64,000 nt of DNA from a bacterium. Lineage in GTDB: Bacteria; Ratteibacteria; UBA8468; B48-G9; JAFGKM01. Shown here piece after piece: positions 10,018 to 18,023 of this stretch. The notes beneath the pieces are model-generated. The model did no database searches and was not told where the DNA came from. It was given only the letters and a program-made list of their open reading frames with translations. Location: the NCBI GenBank assembly GCA_023230585.1, contig JALNXB010000005.1:6489-70488 (forward strand). Direction: 5' to 3'. The position numbers and the translations under genes are program-made. The stretch's first letter is position 1, and every line of letters begins with the position of its first letter.

Positions 10018-10722
10018 TTAAATTTTTTTAATAACGTCTAAAAGAATGTTAGGCATATTTGTGGTAATAAGGTTGATACCGTTATCTATTAATTCTTTCA
10101 TTTTTTTTATGTCGTCAACTGTCCAAAGAGCAAGCGTAACTCCTCTTGAAAAAAATTCTTTGGCTATTTCATAGTTCCAACTTTTGTAGTTTACATCTAA
10201 TATAGGGATTCCGTTCTCAAGTAAAACATCAGGTGTTTCAGGGAACCTTGAAGAGATAAGGGTTGTTGAGATAGAAGGAAAAACCTTTCTTATTTCTTTA
10301 ATATAATCTAAATTAAATGAGCCTACAATAACATTCTGTAGCATACCTGATTTTTCAATTAAACGACCTACTTTTGTAGGAGAAGCTTCTTTTATTTCTA
10401 TTAAAATTTTAACTCTATCTTTCATTCTTTCCAAAACTTCGTCAAGAAAAGCAACCTTAACGTTCTGGAATCCTTTCCAGCTACCCGCATCAATTAAACT
10501 TAGATCTTCACGGGTCACATCTGATACCTTGCCTTTACCATTGGTCGTTCTATCAAGGGTTGCATCGTGCATAACAACTATCTCACCATCTTTTGTTTCT
10601 CTAACATCCAACTCAATAAAATCAACTTTGAGTTGAACCGCCTTATCAAATGCAAGCATAGTATTTTCTGGGTATATACTTGAAAACCCTCTATGCGCAA
10701 CAACTATTATTTGTGTGTTCAT
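10018..10722 (-). CDS. Glycerophosphodiester phosphodiesterase
   Basis: IVVAHRGFSSIYPENTMLAF...ELDVRETKDGEIVVMHD, a GDPD signature. Start set at MNTQIIVVAHRG; the longer ORF to 10797 runs into the repeat element. Confidence 0.8.
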   Translation of the reverse strand: MNTQIIVVAHRGFSSIYPENTMLAFDKAVQLKVDFIELDVRETKDGEIVVMHDATLDRTTNGKGKVSDVTREDLSLIDAGSWKGFQNVKVAFLDEVLERMKDRVKILIEIKEASPTKVGRLIEKSGMLQNVIVGSFNLDYIKEIRKVFPSISTTLISSRFPETPDVLLENGIPILDVNYKSWNYEIAKEFFSRGVTLALWTVDDIKKMKELIDNGINLITTNMPNILLDVIKKI

Positions 10723-10734
10723 TTTCAATTCCTT

Positions 10735-10965
10735 CCGAAGGTCAGACCTTCGTTTTCTCTTAGTTGCAAGCCTCTGCAAAGACAACTCCCCCTCCACCTA
10801 TGCCAAGGCATACCTGCCGAAGCTTGTATTTTAGAGTAGGTTGGCTTCGGTGGATAAACCTCGCAAGACAAAATACAAAAGACGGAATGGGGCAAAGACG
10901 TAAAGACCCCCTCACCCTTAATCCCTCTCCCCCAAGGGTAGAGGGCAAAAATGGGGAGTGAGTAG
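10735..10965. repeat. GC-rich composite intergenic repeat element, copy A (modules M5 palindrome, M1, M2, M3)
   Basis: Shares 35-50 nt near-identical modules with 25400-25677, 50590-50793 and 62560-62930. Examples: ccaagg.atacctgccgaagcttgtattttag.gtaggttgg; ctcgcaagac.aa.tacaaaagacggaatgggg; ccctcaccctt.atccctctccc.caaggg.aga.ggcaaaaa. Also contains the palindrome cgaaggtcagaccttcg at 10736-10752. Confidence 0.8.
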
Positions 10966-10988
10966 ACACCTCTTACTTTTTTATCACT

Positions 10989-13268
10989 TTATTTGTACCA
11001 ATAAGGAGTCTTTTTAGCCCAACTGCTATTAGGATATCTTTTATGTAACAATTGGAACGCTTCACGGGAATAATCCCCAGTTTTTAAATTCTTCGACCTT
11101 GGGTATCTTGTTGACCTAACCGCAAGGTGTAAAGATTCAGGAACCCTTTTGTTATTGGGATTTTTTTTAGCATACTCTATTACCGCATTAGATAGGTAGT
11201 TTGGCGCTATTAGAGATAAGATTAGTTTATTCTCTTCTTTTGCCTTTTTTATATCTGTTTCAGATAAAAAATCGAGCATATATTTAATTTTAGGGAACCC
11301 GTACTTGGATTCATTCAACTTACGGAAACCTCCACCTACTCCCAAAATAGGTTTTCCCCACCAATGCCTACGAAAATTATCCATTTCATTCATCTTAATT
11401 TTTTCAATTATTATCTCGTCTGTGTAAGAATCCAGATGTGTGTTTATTCTAAGGTATTTTAAAATAAAAAATACTGCCTCAAACTTCTTCTCTTCCAAAT
11501 TCCTACTTTTTAAAAACCTGTTTAAATCCTTTTTTAATCTTATATCTGTTTCAGATAGTTTTAGAGCAACCTTTTCAGTTGCGGAAATATCATCAAGGAG
11601 TACACTTCTTAAAAAAGTAGCAAAACGTATCTGTTCTCTTATATTTGGAGTAAAAAGGTTGTCGTTTAATGAGACCTCTACCCATCTATTTAAAGGTAAA
11701 TATATATTAAAGAAATCTTTTACTTTATTATCAAGCACAACTTCTTGTCCAGGGGCAATTGAGTAGCATGATTCCTCATAATAAACAAGGTGTGTTTTTC
11801 TTAAAGAATGATTTAAAGCGTCTTCCATATTTGAAGATACCTGAGCTCTCAAGTCCATAAAAGAATCCCATAAAGCCCAATCTTTTTTATCGTTTAAACC
11901 TTTTAATAAACTTTCAAGTTCATTTTTAATTTCTTCTCTATTCTTTTCATATTTTACCTTATATAAAAGAAGGTAATACATTACACTAAAATATGCTGGA
12001 GAATCTTCTTTAATACGATAGGCAGACTGAATAATTTCTGTTTTGCTGGTATCGTAAGGACGTAGGTGTTTCAAAGCAACAATAAGCCAAGGTAAAGATT
12101 TTTCTCTAAGATAAACAGACGCTGAGTGTCCTGTCTTTTCTTCATACTCAGTTTGAAAAGATAACAACCATCTGGAAAAATCTCCCCCTCTTCTCATTAT
12201 AAAATTGGTATCATTTTTTTTAAAACGGTTATACAGTTGTGTAAAGTCATATATATTTAACCTTAAATTTTCTGAATAAGAGAGTGCAGAAAGTAGTTCT
12301 TTTTCAGTATCAAGCATTCTTTCATAGGGTGCAATTCTAAAATTTACATACCCAATAAGGTTTTTTGCTGAAGGATGCACAGATTTAAGTGTTTTATCTC
12401 TCAAAATATTTTCAAACTGCCGATTTGCTTTCTTCATCCACTTTTGTTTAACTTTATTTGATTTATTGATAGATGTTCTCCTATCTTTAATATTTTTCAA
12501 TACCAAATCTCCTTCAAAATGAGCTCGCCTCAAAAGAGTTCTACCAACGGCGAGGGCAGAATAATCTCTCCAGGGATGTTGTTGATTTTTAGAAATTTCT
12601 CTAAAACGTTTTTCTGCCTCCTCATATTTTCCAGAGTAAAAGCATGCCGCTGCTCTCTGATACTCTCTATCTTGTTTTAAGAGAGGGTTTTTAATGTTCA
12701 TATCTAAGGTTTTTTCAAATGGTTCTAAACGACCATCTCCAAAAACAGCGTCCTGACCATCAAGCCATATTTCTATTTCTTCTTTACTATAGATTTTTAT
12801 ACGTTGATTTAATGTTTTTGTGGCTGTATAAAAAGCGTCATCACCAATATTATAAAAATAATCAAAAAATGCACCTTGATGCCATTTGTCTATACGAACA
12901 TCTTTTGTTGTGATTTTTTTCCTTGCTTCACGCCATTCCGCTTCAGGTGAAAGAGGTTCAGAGTTAGATAAAGGCTTTTCATTTGACCAGAAACTATAAA
13001 CCTCAGGTTTTGGTATCTCTATATTACCAGTAGTTAGACCTTTGTATGCTTGGTATAAAGAAGAGATTTGCCAATTTGGAGATAAAATACCTGGTGAGGT
13101 GCCTGAAAAATCAGATTTATAATAGTGTGGTTTATGCACTTCAAATATTCCCTCAGTGTTACTAACAAACGTAGGGAAGTAAGGACCGCACGCTTGCAAA
13201 GTTAAGGAAGTGTGTAGAAAAAGTAAAAAAAAGATTGTTCTCTTGATAAGAAAACTATTTCTTCTCAT
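10989..13268 (-). CDS. Hypothetical exported protein / lipoprotein (759 aa), no recognisable domain
   Basis: Signal peptide with lipobox-like LTLQAC; start codon overlaps the upstream stop (TAATG), giving translational coupling with 13268..14089. Confidence 0.5.
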   Translation of the reverse strand: MRRNSFLIKRTIFFLLFLHTSLTLQACGPYFPTFVSNTEGIFEVHKPHYYKSDFSGTSPGILSPNWQISSLYQAYKGLTTGNIEIPKPEVYSFWSNEKPLSNSEPLSPEAEWREARKKITTKDVRIDKWHQGAFFDYFYNIGDDAFYTATKTLNQRIKIYSKEEIEIWLDGQDAVFGDGRLEPFEKTLDMNIKNPLLKQDREYQRAAACFYSGKYEEAEKRFREISKNQQHPWRDYSALAVGRTLLRRAHFEGDLVLKNIKDRRTSINKSNKVKQKWMKKANRQFENILRDKTLKSVHPSAKNLIGYVNFRIAPYERMLDTEKELLSALSYSENLRLNIYDFTQLYNRFKKNDTNFIMRRGGDFSRWLLSFQTEYEEKTGHSASVYLREKSLPWLIVALKHLRPYDTSKTEIIQSAYRIKEDSPAYFSVMYYLLLYKVKYEKNREEIKNELESLLKGLNDKKDWALWDSFMDLRAQVSSNMEDALNHSLRKTHLVYYEESCYSIAPGQEVVLDNKVKDFFNIYLPLNRWVEVSLNDNLFTPNIREQIRFATFLRSVLLDDISATEKVALKLSETDIRLKKDLNRFLKSRNLEEKKFEAVFFILKYLRINTHLDSYTDEIIIEKIKMNEMDNFRRHWWGKPILGVGGGFRKLNESKYGFPKIKYMLDFLSETDIKKAKEENKLILSLIAPNYLSNAVIEYAKKNPNNKRVPESLHLAVRSTRYPRSKNLKTGDYSREAFQLLHKRYPNSSWAKKTPYWYK

Positions 13269-14089
13269 TATTTATCTCCGTTTATATGGTTTTCAACTTT
13301 TGAAATAATTTCTTTAAAATTTTCTTCTGTCCAGGGTTTTGAGTTAAAAATACAAAATTTTCTATTTCTAAGATATTTAGCAGGCGGCAAAGGTTCATCT
13401 GTGGATATACCAACAAATTCTTTAGTAACCTTTGAACCCATAAAAGATTCTCCCACCAACATATTTCTAATAGAAAAATCGTCAACTCCCATCCTAAAAA
13501 ACATTGGAGTGGCATATTTTACTGGTAAACTGTCAAGCCAACTGCCCTCATAACTCCAAGAGGCAAGTGCTGTCATTGTTAAAATTTTATAATAAGGAAG
13601 ATTTTTCTTTAAAGAAGTAAGAAGTTGTTTATAAAAAACCTGTTCTGAAACTTTAGCATCAAAATCTATCTGACAACCAGAGATTCTTTTATTGTTACAT
13701 ACATTAAGAATGTTTTTTACCGTCTCTTCAAGTTGGTTAGAAGTAGGTATAAAACTTTGCCTGTTTTCTATTCTAAAAACAGCAATAAGATAAACATCAT
13801 CTGGAACAATAAGAGGGTTTCTTCTGGGAGTGAAAGAGGTTATCCCGTTTTTATATAATGTAATACCAGCATAAAAGTTTATCTCAACGTCAGACCCTTC
13901 TAAAAAAAGGAGGTTTTCTGTTCTCTCCCAAGCCCAGATAGCAGTTTTAAAAGTTTCATTTTTTAGGGTAGAAGAATAAAGAAGGTTTGGTTTAAAGAAC
14001 AATAGCCCGGCAAAAAGAATTAAAAAATATTTTTTAATCATTAACCCCTTTAAAATCTTACTTAACAATTTATCATTATACGAAAACAA
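13268..14089 (-). CDS. Hypothetical exported protein (about 257-273 aa)
   Basis: Hydrophobic signal-like segment MIKKYFLILFAGLLFF; alternative start at 14041 with a weak AAGGGG RBS; 11-nt gap to the upstream thioesterase gene. Confidence 0.45.
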   Translation of the reverse strand: MFSYNDKLLSKILKGLMIKKYFLILFAGLLFFKPNLLYSSTLKNETFKTAIWAWERTENLLFLEGSDVEINFYAGITLYKNGITSFTPRRNPLIVPDDVYLIAVFRIENRQSFIPTSNQLEETVKNILNVCNNKRISGCQIDFDAKVSEQVFYKQLLTSLKKNLPYYKILTMTALASWSYEGSWLDSLPVKYATPMFFRMGVDDFSIRNMLVGESFMGSKVTKEFVGISTDEPLPPAKYLRNRKFCIFNSKPWTEENFKEIISKVENHINGDK

Positions 14090-14100
14090 ATAAATTTAAC

Positions 14101-14484
14101 CTAACGGAGGTTTTCTTTAACGGATAGTGGAAGCCGTTTGGGTTTAAAATCTTTACCGACACAGGCAAGGACAACATCTGCTTCAACAAGAAGTGTTTCC
14201 CCTTTAAAGACTTTTTGTTTGAAATGGATAGTGGAAGCGGTAAAATTTTCTACCTCTGCTGATATGTCTATCTCGTCAAGGTATCTTGCTGGTCTTTTAT
14301 ATTTTATCTCCACAGAGATAATCACAAACTGTGTACCTTCTTCTGAGTGTAATCCAACATCTATGTTTTTAGAATAAAAAAACTCGGTTCTTGCGTCTTC
14401 AAGAAACTCAAGATACCTTCCATAATAAACCACTCCAACTGTGTCTGTGTGGTGATAGTAGACCTTTTTTTTGAGTAGAAACAT
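14101..14484 (-). CDS. Acyl-CoA thioesterase, 4HBT/YbgC-like hotdog fold
   Basis: YHHTDTVGVVYYGRYLEFLEDARTEFF, a YbgC/4-hydroxybenzoyl-CoA thioesterase N-terminal signature; 127 aa. Confidence 0.65.
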   Translation of the reverse strand: MFLLKKKVYYHHTDTVGVVYYGRYLEFLEDARTEFFYSKNIDVGLHSEEGTQFVIISVEIKYKRPARYLDEIDISAEVENFTASTIHFKQKVFKGETLLVEADVVLACVGKDFKPKRLPLSVKENLR

Positions 14485-14628
14485 TTTATTTAATGAACCT
14501 TTTTGTTGACCTGCTAATAACCTTCTTCATTATTTTTTAAAATTTTACTTTCTCGTAGTCTTAATGTCAAATAATGTTTAAATAAAAAAGAGATTTATAA
14601 TGTTAGACAAAATAATTATTCTCTTTTG

Positions 14629-14657
14629 TTGACGAAAATAAATATTAAGTGTAGAAT
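14629..14657 (+). promoter_or_regulatory. Sigma70-type promoter candidate upstream of tRNA-Pro
   Basis: TTGACG (14629-14634), 17-nt spacer, TAGAAT (14652-14657). Confidence 0.45.
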
Positions 14658-14704
14658 ATTATTTTGTTAATCTTGCTCCATTTAAATTAAGTATATATAT
14701 TATA

Positions 14705-14780
14705 CGGGGCGTGGCGCAGTCCGGTTTAGCGCGCATGGTTTGGGACCATGAAGTCCTCGGTTCAAATCCGAGCGCCCCGA
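14705..14780 (+). tRNA. tRNA-Pro (anticodon UGG)
   Basis: Hand-folded cloverleaf: acceptor CGGGGCG/CGCCCCG plus discriminator A, anticodon stem CATGG/CCATG with loop TTTGGGA, T-arm CTCGG-TTCAAAT-CCGAG; followed by a T8 run. Confidence 0.85.
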
Positions 14781-14795
14781 TTTTTTTTGTTAAGG

Positions 14796-14823
14796 TTGAC
14801 ATTTTTTTAAAAACCATTATAAT
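14796..14823 (+). promoter_or_regulatory. Sigma70-type promoter candidate upstream of tRNA-Lys
   Basis: TTGACA (14796-14801), 16-nt spacer, TATAAT (14818-14823); the tRNA starts 19 nt downstream. Confidence 0.5.
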
Positions 14824-14841
14824 TTATAGCATACATATTTT

Positions 14842-14914
14842 GGGCCGCTAGCTCATCCGGTAGAGCACCGCCCTTTTAAGGCGGGCGCGACAGGTTCGAG
14901 TCCTGTGCGGCCTA
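14842..14914 (+). tRNA. tRNA-Lys (anticodon UUU)
   Basis: Acceptor GGGCCGC/GCGGCCT, D-arm GCTC-ATCCGGTA-GAGC, anticodon stem CCGCC/GGCGG with loop CTTTTAA, T-arm ACAGG-TTCGAGT-CCTGT. Confidence 0.85.
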
Positions 14915-15273
14915 CTCCCCTTTAGTTCACCTCAAAACAATGCTTTTATAAAAACTAATAATTTGACAAAAAATCTTAATAGAATTATTATAATTTAATG
15001 AGAATAATAAACAAGAATTACCAAAATTTTTCTGCAAACCTAAAGTCAAGAATCAGAAACCAGTTATCAAGTCGCTTGGATAAACCGCCCTCTTTGTACT
15101 ACATTGGCTAAAGTGTTAAGTTACCCAAAATAATCTTTACTTAAGCACTTTTGTTGTTATAAAAACCACGCAAAAACACCTTGCTTCTCTACCTAAATGT
15201 AAATTGAGTTATAAGTTTTACAAAAATACAATAACGAATTTGACAGAAGCAGGTAATACACAGGAGGTGAAAT

Positions 15274-16257
15274 ATGAAAAAAAACTTTATACCTATAAAA
15301 GAGTTTATCAAAAACAATTTTAAACATTTTAACTCGGCTGTTCTTGCTGATGCTTCAGAGGCGTATGTGGAACATTTAAATAATGATGGAAAGATGATGA
15401 TAACCTTAGCTGGAGCTATGAGTACTGCTGAATTAGGTATTACATTGTCTGAGATGATTAGGAAGGATAAGGTGCACTCAATAACCTGTACAGGCGCCAA
15501 TCTTGAAGAAGATATCTTTAATCTTATTGCTCATAATCATTACGAAAGGATACCTCATTATAGAAATTTAACACCACAAGATGAAGTTGAACTTTTAAAT
15601 AGAAAACTTAGCAGGGTAACTGATACTTGTATACCAGAAGACGAAGCTATGAGATGTATTGAACAGCATATCTTAAAATTCTTTTTAAAAGCAGAGAAAG
15701 AGAATAAAAGGTACTTCCCTTATGAATTTATTTATCAAATCATTGAAAGCGGTGTGTTAAAAAATGACTACCAGATTGATCCAAAAAACTCTTGGGTTAT
15801 TGCTGCGTGTGAAAAAAACTTACCTATATTTGTTCCAGGTTGGGAAGATTCCACTTTAGGTAATACCTTTGTGGCTTTTGTAACAAAGGGCGCTATTAAA
15901 AACATATCTACTGTAAAATCTGGTCTTGAAACTATGACTTTTTTAATAGATTGGTACAAAAAAGTTTCAGCAAATCATAAAATGGGGTTTTATCAGATTG
16001 GGGGCGGGATATCTGGAGATTTTCCTATATGTGTGGTCCCTTTAATAAGGCTTGACCTTGAAGATACTTCATGTAGACTATGGGACTATTTTTGTCAAAT
16101 TTCAGACAGCACAACCTCTTATGGGTCTTATAGTGGTGCCATCCCTAATGAGAAGATAACCTGGGAAAAAATCAGTATTGATACCCCCAGTTTTGTAATA
16201 GAAAGCGATGCAACTATTGTAGCGCCTCTTATGTTTGCCTACATACTTGCAGAATAA
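15274..16257 (+). CDS. Deoxyhypusine synthase family protein (DHS-like NAD-dependent aminobutyl transferase)
   Basis: Collinear with eukaryotic DHS: ITCTGANLEEDIFNLIA aligns with VTTAGGVEEDLIKCLA, QIGGGISGD with ILGGGVVKH, SGAIPNEKITWEKIS with SGARPDEAVSWGKIR (the catalytic Lys is conserved), and DATIVAPLMFAYIL with DASLVFPLLVAETF. Confidence 0.85.
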   Translation: MKKNFIPIKEFIKNNFKHFNSAVLADASEAYVEHLNNDGKMMITLAGAMSTAELGITLSEMIRKDKVHSITCTGANLEEDIFNLIAHNHYERIPHYRNLTPQDEVELLNRKLSRVTDTCIPEDEAMRCIEQHILKFFLKAEKENKRYFPYEFIYQIIESGVLKNDYQIDPKNSWVIAACEKNLPIFVPGWEDSTLGNTFVAFVTKGAIKNISTVKSGLETMTFLIDWYKKVSANHKMGFYQIGGGISGDFPICVVPLIRLDLEDTSCRLWDYFCQISDSTTSYGSYSGAIPNEKITWEKISIDTPSFVIESDATIVAPLMFAYILAE

Positions 16258-16286
16258 GGTTTGAGTTGTTCCATTATATCTTTTTA

Positions 16287-17981
16287 TCAAGATGATTTTA
16301 TGTTTAATTCTAAAGAACCTTCAAACTCTGGTATATCAACAGATTTTTCTACTATATCTTCGCCGTTTTGAGTAAAAAGATATACTTTTTGTTCCATACA
16401 ACTTTTCCCTTTTAAGGTAATTGTAAGTTCTCTATTAGATTCATTGTAAGACGCTTGGCTAATATTAGAAAAAAGACGGTTTTCTGCATATCTTGAGATA
16501 TGATCATAACTTGCCATAATGTGTGGAATGCTTCTCAATTTATCTGAGATACCTTTTATTATTAGTTCCCAATCCTGTGGATTTACTTGGGCTATTCTCT
16601 GTTCATGGGTAGCTATACAACCAAAAAAACCTCTATCTATACCCTGCTTAATTCTGTTGAATGCTTTATCTATAGATTTTTCTACGTTGGTGTAAGGACT
16701 TTCTTTGTGAAGAGTTGTGCATCCATACAACATATCTGTATGAGGAACTAAATAGTTCTTACCTTTGGACGTAGAGAGCACATTAAAAAAATGGTTATCT
16801 TCTGGAATATAGCCAAAACAGTAATCCCTATTAGCATACGGAGATAACTTCCAAGAACGTGCGTCAGGGTCAAAATATGATTTACCCACTCTAATACTTG
16901 TCATTAAGTATTTGTGTCCTCTTTCCTTTAGAAAAGGTAAGGAGTTTATCCCTATCTCTGCATAATGAACATTTACTGTTTGAGAGTAGTTTATCCCCCA
17001 TTTTTTAAATTTTGTGTCAACTCTTTCAAAATTTCTTTTCAACTCTTCATTTGTAAATTCTTCACCATTATGCTTTAAATATATCGGGCATAAATCTTCG
17101 TTATCCATATAAGCAAAATCAACAAAACCATGAGGTGAAAACTCCACAAGCCCTAACTCTTCTTTCTCTTTAAATCTTTTGGCATCTTCATCTAAAATGT
17201 CGTCAATAAAAAGACCAGCGTTTGGTATAAACCCGTAATCATTTAATATATCGAGCCATTTTAAGCCAGAAAGGGTTTCTTTATATTTCAAAACACGGCT
17301 CCCGCCAAAAGATATATCGTCTATTCTTCCTGTAACAAATGGAGGCATTATTTTCATTATATAAGGTTTTTTTGCTACCCAAACAATCGAGTCTCTAAAA
17401 ACTCTATCGAGAGGACCTGCAAATCCAATATACTCATTCTGCCAAATAAGAGAAGATATAGAAAATAGTATAACCCTACCTGCACCAAAAAACCTGAATG
17501 AAGCAGATGGGATACCTTCTTCATTAGTTAAAAAAACTGACCAGTCTTCTTTTGCTACATTCGGCAAAGAAGGGACAGGGGTTTCAAGTATAACTTCTTC
17601 TTCAACGATACTACTAAATGTACTCCCTTCTTTTAACTTTAGAGAAGTTATTTTTGTATCTTTCCCAGGAATAATGTTTAGACTCTTTAAAACAGTTGTG
17701 GGATATAAGGATAGGTTTCCGTCTAAAGACAAAAGCCCCATACCCTCTGATACAGAATTCAGAATCGCTTGCCACTCTGTACTATCTATGTTTTTACCAA
17801 TATTCTCTTGGGCAAAAATTAACAGATGAGCGTCTTTGAGAATTTCAGAAGAAACGCTTGTCTGACTTAGGTCAACTATTTCAAAAAATATACCAAAATG
17901 TTTAAGTGCCCTTAAAACTGAATTTTTAAAACCTTCATACTCAAAAACTTGAGAAGAATCTACTATTACATAAGTCTTCAT
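16287..17981 (-). CDS. Hypothetical protein (564 aa), possibly carbohydrate-processing
   Basis: No firm motif; the context (adjacent Gfo/Idh/MocA oxidoreductase and large secreted glycan-type proteins) suggests a carbohydrate role. Confidence 0.35.
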   Translation of the reverse strand: MKTYVIVDSSQVFEYEGFKNSVLRALKHFGIFFEIVDLSQTSVSSEILKDAHLLIFAQENIGKNIDSTEWQAILNSVSEGMGLLSLDGNLSLYPTTVLKSLNIIPGKDTKITSLKLKEGSTFSSIVEEEVILETPVPSLPNVAKEDWSVFLTNEEGIPSASFRFFGAGRVILFSISSLIWQNEYIGFAGPLDRVFRDSIVWVAKKPYIMKIMPPFVTGRIDDISFGGSRVLKYKETLSGLKWLDILNDYGFIPNAGLFIDDILDEDAKRFKEKEELGLVEFSPHGFVDFAYMDNEDLCPIYLKHNGEEFTNEELKRNFERVDTKFKKWGINYSQTVNVHYAEIGINSLPFLKERGHKYLMTSIRVGKSYFDPDARSWKLSPYANRDYCFGYIPEDNHFFNVLSTSKGKNYLVPHTDMLYGCTTLHKESPYTNVEKSIDKAFNRIKQGIDRGFFGCIATHEQRIAQVNPQDWELIIKGISDKLRSIPHIMASYDHISRYAENRLFSNISQASYNESNRELTITLKGKSCMEQKVYLFTQNGEDIVEKSVDIPEFEGSLELNIKSS

Positions 17982-18023
17982 AATACCTCCAAAGTATTGT
18001 TAAGTTATAAAACTATTTTTAAT

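Noticed and set aside
10723-10797. N-terminal extension of the glycerophosphodiesterase ORF (MEGELSLQRLATKRKRRSDLRKELK...)
   Set aside because: The extension runs into the GC-rich repeat and its palindrome. The conserved GDPD N-terminus begins at MNTQIIVVAHRG, so the start was set at 10722.
10760-10969. Small ORFs overlapping the repeat elements (10760-10969, 10764-10961, 25442-25627, 62611-62805) whose translations share RSLYF.VGWLR..KLAR.TTKDGMG
   Set aside because: The peptide similarity is a by-product of nucleotide-level repeat conservation. The modules occur in both orientations, the ORFs have no RBS, they lie in different contexts, and one overlaps the 5' end of a real gene. Treated as non-coding repeat sequence.
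15189-15500. Minus-strand 103-aa ORF overlapping the start of the deoxyhypusine synthase-like gene
   Set aside because: Antisense to a well-supported CDS, low-complexity hydrophobic translation, no homology. Spurious.
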